NCBI GenBank assembly: GCA_963693365.1 | Contig: CAVNZM010000009.1 | Coordinates: 8,165,408 to 8,229,407, forward strand | Direction of reading: 5' to 3' | DNA from: Amoebidium appalachense | Lineage: Eukaryota > Protista > Ichthyosporea | Length of the DNA: 64,000 bases | In this document: positions 58,082-64,000 of the stretch, piece after piece | Layout of the letters: every line of letters begins with the position of its first letter | Numbering within the stretch: position 1 is the first letter of the stretch | Position numbers and translations under genes: made by a program | The notes under the pieces: generated by a model | Told to the model about the DNA's origin: nothing | Database searches by the model: none | The model's input: only the letters and a program-made list of their open reading frames with translations

Positions 58082-58681
58082 ATTCAAGTTTCTTTTTATT
58101 TTTTTTTTTATCCCGTTTCACCCCCCGAGGTTACCCTCATGGGGACTACTGTCTTCCACTCAGCACCGAGTGTACCCTACTTTTTCCGTTGGGCCATTAG
58201 CTTAACACCATTAATGTATAACCCGTTGCAATCATTGGCCGAAATCCAGAAGGGAGCTAAAGTTGTATCTGTGTGTCCGGTGTGTGTGTGTGTGCACGTG
58301 AGTGTGTGCGCGCGCGTGCACGTGTGTGTGCGTGTGCGTGTGTGTGCTTGTGTATGCGTGCCGGTATAACTATGCGTGCGTGTGTGTGTGTGTGCCAGGC
58401 ACGTGTGTGTGCGGGTGTGAGTGTGTATGTGTGTTACGGTGTGGATGTCCTTGTGTGTATAACAGGCGGCTAGTGTGCATAAAAGAATGTACGTACGTGT
58501 TACATACGTGTTACAGGTACTTTCTTGCATGCATGCTGGTGTGATATGTGTGTGTAGGCGTGCACTGTGAACGTGCCTTTAAAATGTGACAAACTTCTGG
58601 GCTATGTCTGCGTATTTGATTTATGTGTAGGGGAATGTGTGCACACACGCTGGGAAAGGGAGGGGACCGGATGGCGGGAAA

Positions 58682-58723
<42 letters not shown>

Positions 58724-59571
58724 GGGGGAGGGGGGGGAGATAGGATTCGTGCCTTTGGCCACATATCTAGAGAATTGTCTTCTATTCCATTCACAATACC
58801 AGGCAGCCATCGCGTTGTGTTGAAAAACACACACTCACAGCAGTATGAAACATATCTTCGGGTTGTAATGACACTCAAAAAGGCAGAAAGAAACGCAAAG
58901 GGGATGTGTCTGTGCGTGTGTCCGCAGAGGGTGTGTGTTGTGGGTGTGGGTGTGGGAGTGTTGGCACTAGCATCCATGGTGGGGTGCATTGTGGTGTTTT
59001 AGGAGCATTGCGTGCCTGCTTCATCTGTCCGGCTAGCCGGTTATGCCCTAGTGGTATGTTGGTAAATGCACGTGTGGGTGCAGGTTGAAAACAAGGGCAT
59101 ATGTATGGGGACCATATGTAAGAGTCGACTATGAATAGTTCGGTGGTGGTGTGCAGTGTTGGTTAGTCCGTGCAAGGTGTGTGTGTGTAGGTGGGTGTGC
59201 CCGTGCGAGTGAGCGATTGAGTCTGTGTGGTTGTGTTAGCGTGAGCGTGTATGCGTGTGGGTGTGTTCAGGAATATCGAGGGAGGAAAAGGGAGGACAGC
59301 CGGAGGTGAGGTGGGGGAGGGGGGGGGGGGGGGGGGGGGTGTTTCCAAAAAACAATTTGAGCAATTAGAAGGAAATGTCGAGATAGACAAGGAGAGGAGA
59401 GCAGACGAGAACAAGGAGGAAAAGGTTTACCTGAAATTACCTGAAAGTAAGTTAGTTCCCCGGGGGAAAGGGGGTGGGAAGGTAAGGCATAAATAAGGCA
59501 AGGAGGCGAGGAGAGGAGTGGGTGAAGAAGTGGGTGGTGGTGGTGGTGGTGGTGGTGGTGGTGGTGGTGGT

Positions 59572-59613
<42 letters not shown>

Positions 59614-59986
59614 GGAGGCGTGGGGGGTGGAGGGGGGGGGGATGGGGGTTGATTGGTTCTCAGTACGAAGAACAAATTCACAACGGATAACATCATAGCG
59701 GGGGGTTTGAATGCGGAACACGGTACGAAGTACGCATACACGAAGGACACATGCAAAGGCAAACATTCAAGTATGCAACATAGCCATGCGCACAGTATGC
59801 GTCATAAGCAGAGCCCATCCTCAGGGAGGGCCTATCAAAGCGGGGGGAGGGGGGGGGGGGGGGAGGGGGGGGAGGGGGAGGAGGGGGGGGGGGGGGGGGG
59901 GGGGGATTGTGTGTATTTTAGTGGTGGGCATGGTCGTGATGTGTGTGTTTCACTGGGCGGGGGATGCAGTTGGCCCGTGAAAGTTT

Positions 59987-60062
<76 letters not shown>

Positions 60063-60263
60063 TGGTGGTGGTGGTTGGGGGTGGGGGGGGGGGGGGGGGG
60101 GGGAGGGGGGGGGGAAGACAAAACGTGTAGGGATGATAGATTTTTGTAAAGACAACAGGGTTTGAGAGGGCAGAAGGAGAAAGAAAGGAACGTGATATGG
60201 TGAAATAAACAGGAGGCACAAAGATAGAATGGAACGGCATGGGTACGGTGTGTACATGTATTT

Positions 60264-60313
<50 letters not shown>

Positions 60314-60356
60314 GTGCGTCAGATTTTTTTTTAACTTTTTAAATTTTGTTTATGGT

Positions 60357-60387
<31 letters not shown>

Positions 60388-60863
60388 GGGGGGGGGACAG
60401 CATCCACGGGGCAGTTTTCCACGGGTGTTTAGAAAAGGGAAAGATGTTAAGCATGAAAAGGAATAAGCATCCGCAAATGGGCTTGAAGCAGCTACCATTG
60501 CACCCCAGCGGAGAAGGGTGGTGTGTGTGTGTATGTGAGTGAGTGAGTGAGTGAGTGTGAGTGGGTAAGTGAGTGATTTTGTGTACGTATGTGTGTGTGA
60601 GTGTGAGTGAGTGTGAGTGTAAGTGTGAGTGTGAGTGTGAGTGTGAGTGTGAGTATGAGTGTGTGTGTGTGTTTGTGTGTTTATGGTGTGTGAATGCGTA
60701 CACGTGTTTGCGAACATGTGTTTGAGTGTGTGGGGACACACGCGAAGGGAATGGGTTTTGAGCGTGCGACACAGTATGAAGCACGAAATTACGAGGGAAA
60801 AAATAATGCAGATATGAAAAAAAATATAAATAAAAAAAATAATATGGAACGCCAATCCTGGCC

Positions 60864-60900
<37 letters not shown>

Positions 60901-61370
60901 CCATAATACTAGCGGTTCGACTCGTTCACCCCGCACACGCTGAGAGGGGGAGAGGGGGAGGGGGGGGAAGGTATGAATTAGGGAGTGGCAAACATGGAGG
61001 CAAGGACATTACAAAAAACCACTAAAACAAGACAAAAAATAGAAACCAAATCACTTGTGCGGGCAGAAGACACTTGAAGAGAGCCCATCATCCAGGAGGT
61101 TCCCATGCCTCCACAAACGAATGGGTATCGACTCTTCAACATCTAGTGCCTGGTTCCCAACCCATCCTTTGCTTCGACAGCAATAGGCGAATCACCCCGT
61201 CATGGCAAAAGAGTGGGAGGAGAGGTGCAACGTAACAATATCACATGAATTCAAATTAAAACAGGGCAAAAAACACACACTATAACGACGACAACACAAC
61301 TACATGTATAAAGACCTGGGGGAGGTGGGGTGTTGTATGTGTTGTGTTTGTGTGTATGTGTTTGTGCGTG

Positions 61371-61479
<109 letters not shown>

Positions 61480-61906
61480 GGGGGGGGGGGGGGGGGGGGG
61501 GGGGAGGGGTATAATGTATGCAGAGAGTGGTAAACATGAAGGCAAAGGCATCAAAAAACCCAAAGAAACAAAAGAAACAAAAAAAAAAAGAAACCAAGAA
61601 AATTGGGCACACGGCAACGAAGAAACCAAATAAACATGAGTTGCAACAACGGCAGAGGGGAGAGGGGTGAGTGCCTAACCCGATATTTAGTCTAAGAAAA
61701 GAACCAAGGAGATAGCAGACAACAAGAGAAAGACACCGCAATATGGAAAGGTGGGTGTATGGGTTAACGGGGACCTCGGGCAGGGGGAGGGGGGGGGGGG
61801 ATTAGAATGCGGTAAACATAACGAAAAGTACAACTACATCACGAGACACATACTGGTATGCGAAAACAAACATTCAAGTATGCAACATAAAGCAGGGCGT
61901 ACAGTA

Positions 61907-61939
<33 letters not shown>

Positions 61940-62269
61940 GACACAAATATTAGAGCAGCAAAGAGCACAGCAAAGAGGTGCACAAACGGATGGGTACAAA
62001 AGGCCGCATATCACACATTTTTTTGTTGTGGTTTTTGGATAACATGGTGGTGGTGGTGGTGGTGGTGGGGGGGGGGGGGGGGGGGGGGGGGGGGAAGGTA
62101 GAGATGAACATTCTGCCTGATGCTGCACAAGAGCTGACTGACAAGTCGGTAGGGGAGGGAAAGGGGAGAAAGGAGCCGGGACCCTCTAAACATAAGGCCC
62201 CGTGCAGGCTCAGACCAATGTGCAATGAGAGGCAAAAAAAGAACGCTTGAGAGGGCGGATGAGGGAAGC

Positions 62270-62545
62270 CACACAAGCACAGAGCAACAAAAACACACAT
62301 CCAAACAAGCACAGAGCAACACAAACACAGAACCACACGAGCACGGAGCAATACAAACACAGAACCACATGCACACGGAGCAACAAAAACACACAGGGCC
62401 ACAAGCACAAAGCAACACAAACACACAGCCACAAAAGCAAAGGCGACACAAACACAGAACCACATGAGCACGGAGCAATACAAACACACATCCACACAAG
62501 GATAGAGCAACATATACACAGAACCACATGAACACGGAGCCAAAC
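62270..62545. repeat. Degenerate minisatellite of about 33 bp (CACAAGCACRGAGCAAYAMAAACACA...)
   Basis: About 8 tandem diverged units. Confidence 0.8.
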
Positions 62546-63050
62546 ACTTGCCTAGACAGAAAAATAAATGCAAACACTAAGCCATGCTAACGGGCAAATT
62601 ATTTTACACCAAGAACGTGTCTTACCTGCAGGCACCCAGCAAGTTGTGTGTGCATGTGTGTGTTTGTGTGTGTGTGTGGGTGGGTGGGTGTGTAGGGGAG
62701 CCCGGGGGGGGGGGGGGGGGGGGGGGGAAGGTAGAGATGCTTTTTCATTAGTATCGCAAGAATATTTAGCGATTTTGATGTCATAAAAACAACTAAGCAA
62801 CGTTTCGATGGTTTTTGATGCCTCACAAAACGGCCTTTGGTCCCCTCCAAATTCCGGATTTGAGGTCCGGCAAACAACGCATTATATATATTGATAATAT
62901 ACTTTGCATGAGCCAGGTTGCCAACCATCCCCAACGCATGCTGTGGGATGCAGGCACGCACATGCAAGCAACCAAGCACAACACCACGAACTTATTTGTA
63001 AGCTGTGCACCTGTATGGTTCAGTGGCTAGAAAGCACTACTGAGAACTAA

Positions 63051-64000
63051 GGGCCTGTTTGGCAACGCGGAGTTAGCGGCCATACTCTGGAGTAAGATCG
63101 ATTTTGGAGTTAGGGCTAAAGCGGATTTTCTGAAATCCGCGATGCCAAACAGACGGCCCAATCTGGGCCTGTGTACGCCGGGTTTCAAACCCCTTGGACA
63201 TCGCTTGTACTCCAATTTCTATAATCCACCTCCGGAGGTGGATTATGCGCGAAATTGAACGCCGTGTGAAGGTCTAAACCAATGAAAATTCATGTCGTGA
63301 GACCTTTTTACATTTCTCTCTCGGCCAATTGGCGGTAGTGCAATATAGCCAAAAACAGTTAAAGTGGAAAAGACGTCCAAACGGAAAGTCCGTTGTCACC
63401 GGCATGGCCAGCTTGCTGGTGAGCCTGCGACAGCCCGAGCGCAGGCTGCGACCAGCCACACACAGCCGGCCACGTGTGGTAGGTCGTATAAAAACAAGCC
63501 CCCCCTCAACTATTCTTCCTCTTCGCGGCCAACTTGTAGGCAACCTTTTTTTTACCATTAGACAATCTTTTGCACATCGGTCAAGATTGTCTGAACCGAC
63601 AGGATGCCTGTAGGGGGAAGCAAAGAATGCAATTGCTGCAATTGCGGCCGAAAGGGCCATGTTTCGTGCTAAATACATAGTGGTTTTGCAACCGGAAACG
63701 TTGATGTTGTTATATATGCAAATGGAATCATTACAGTGTATACAAATACATACATACGGGACACTGCACAGTCACTACAAAAAAAATAGTACTGAGTCCT
63801 AGGTACGATGTACGTGCAAAGTATGCCCACTCCGATCAACGTAAAACTTGCGCAATGTGACTTGATAAACTAAGCTGCAGCTGAAAAAAGTGTTGTCTGT
63901 TTGGCACGAGCGGTTATTATCTACGCTAGGTTTTGACCTAAATCCGGATTACAAATCAGAATCTGGATACTGATTTGATACCCGGCGACCTATACGGTCT
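63051..64000 (-). mobile_element. PIF/Harbinger-like MITE, copy 2 (inverted, runs off the window)
   Basis: Reverse complement of about 52587-53504 with scattered substitutions and indels; same TIR preceded by TAA. Confidence 0.9.

Noticed and set aside
62270-62545. 33-bp periodic array as a CRISPR or coding repeat
   Set aside because: No unique spacers; it is a degenerate minisatellite.

Overview
Eukaryotic, repeat-rich DNA with long poly-C/poly-G runs, (CA)n/(GT)n tracts and spliceosomal-type introns. The organism cannot be identified from the sequence alone. The window is dominated by a four-level transposon nest whose junctions can be read from target-site duplications (TSDs). A decayed LINE (minus strand, pieces at about 14975-15350 and 50675-51735) was split by a chromodomain Ty3/Gypsy element (15356-50669, TSD CGAGT). 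That element carries an internal 2.5-kb inversion, a Copia element in its 5' LTR (44436-50313, TSD CTCCC) and a second Copia in its pol (20313-41374, TSD GTTTT). The second Copia is interrupted at gag codon 12 by a 14.7-kb TIR-bounded DNA element (21133-35787, TSD CAATA). This element holds two divergent intron-containing genes: a decayed Cys-rich transposase-like gene and a gene with a 2OG-Fe(II) dioxygenase-like HxD domain. It is the best candidate for an undescribed system. Outside the nest are a 6TM Kv-like channel gene lacking the GYG filter, a young non-autonomous LTR element (6885-10475), a DnaJ class-B pseudogene, a LINE 3' end, two Harbinger-like MITEs and an IQ+BAG gene. Several frameshifts lie in homopolymers and may be assembly errors. 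All family assignments come from motif recognition by eye, not database searches.
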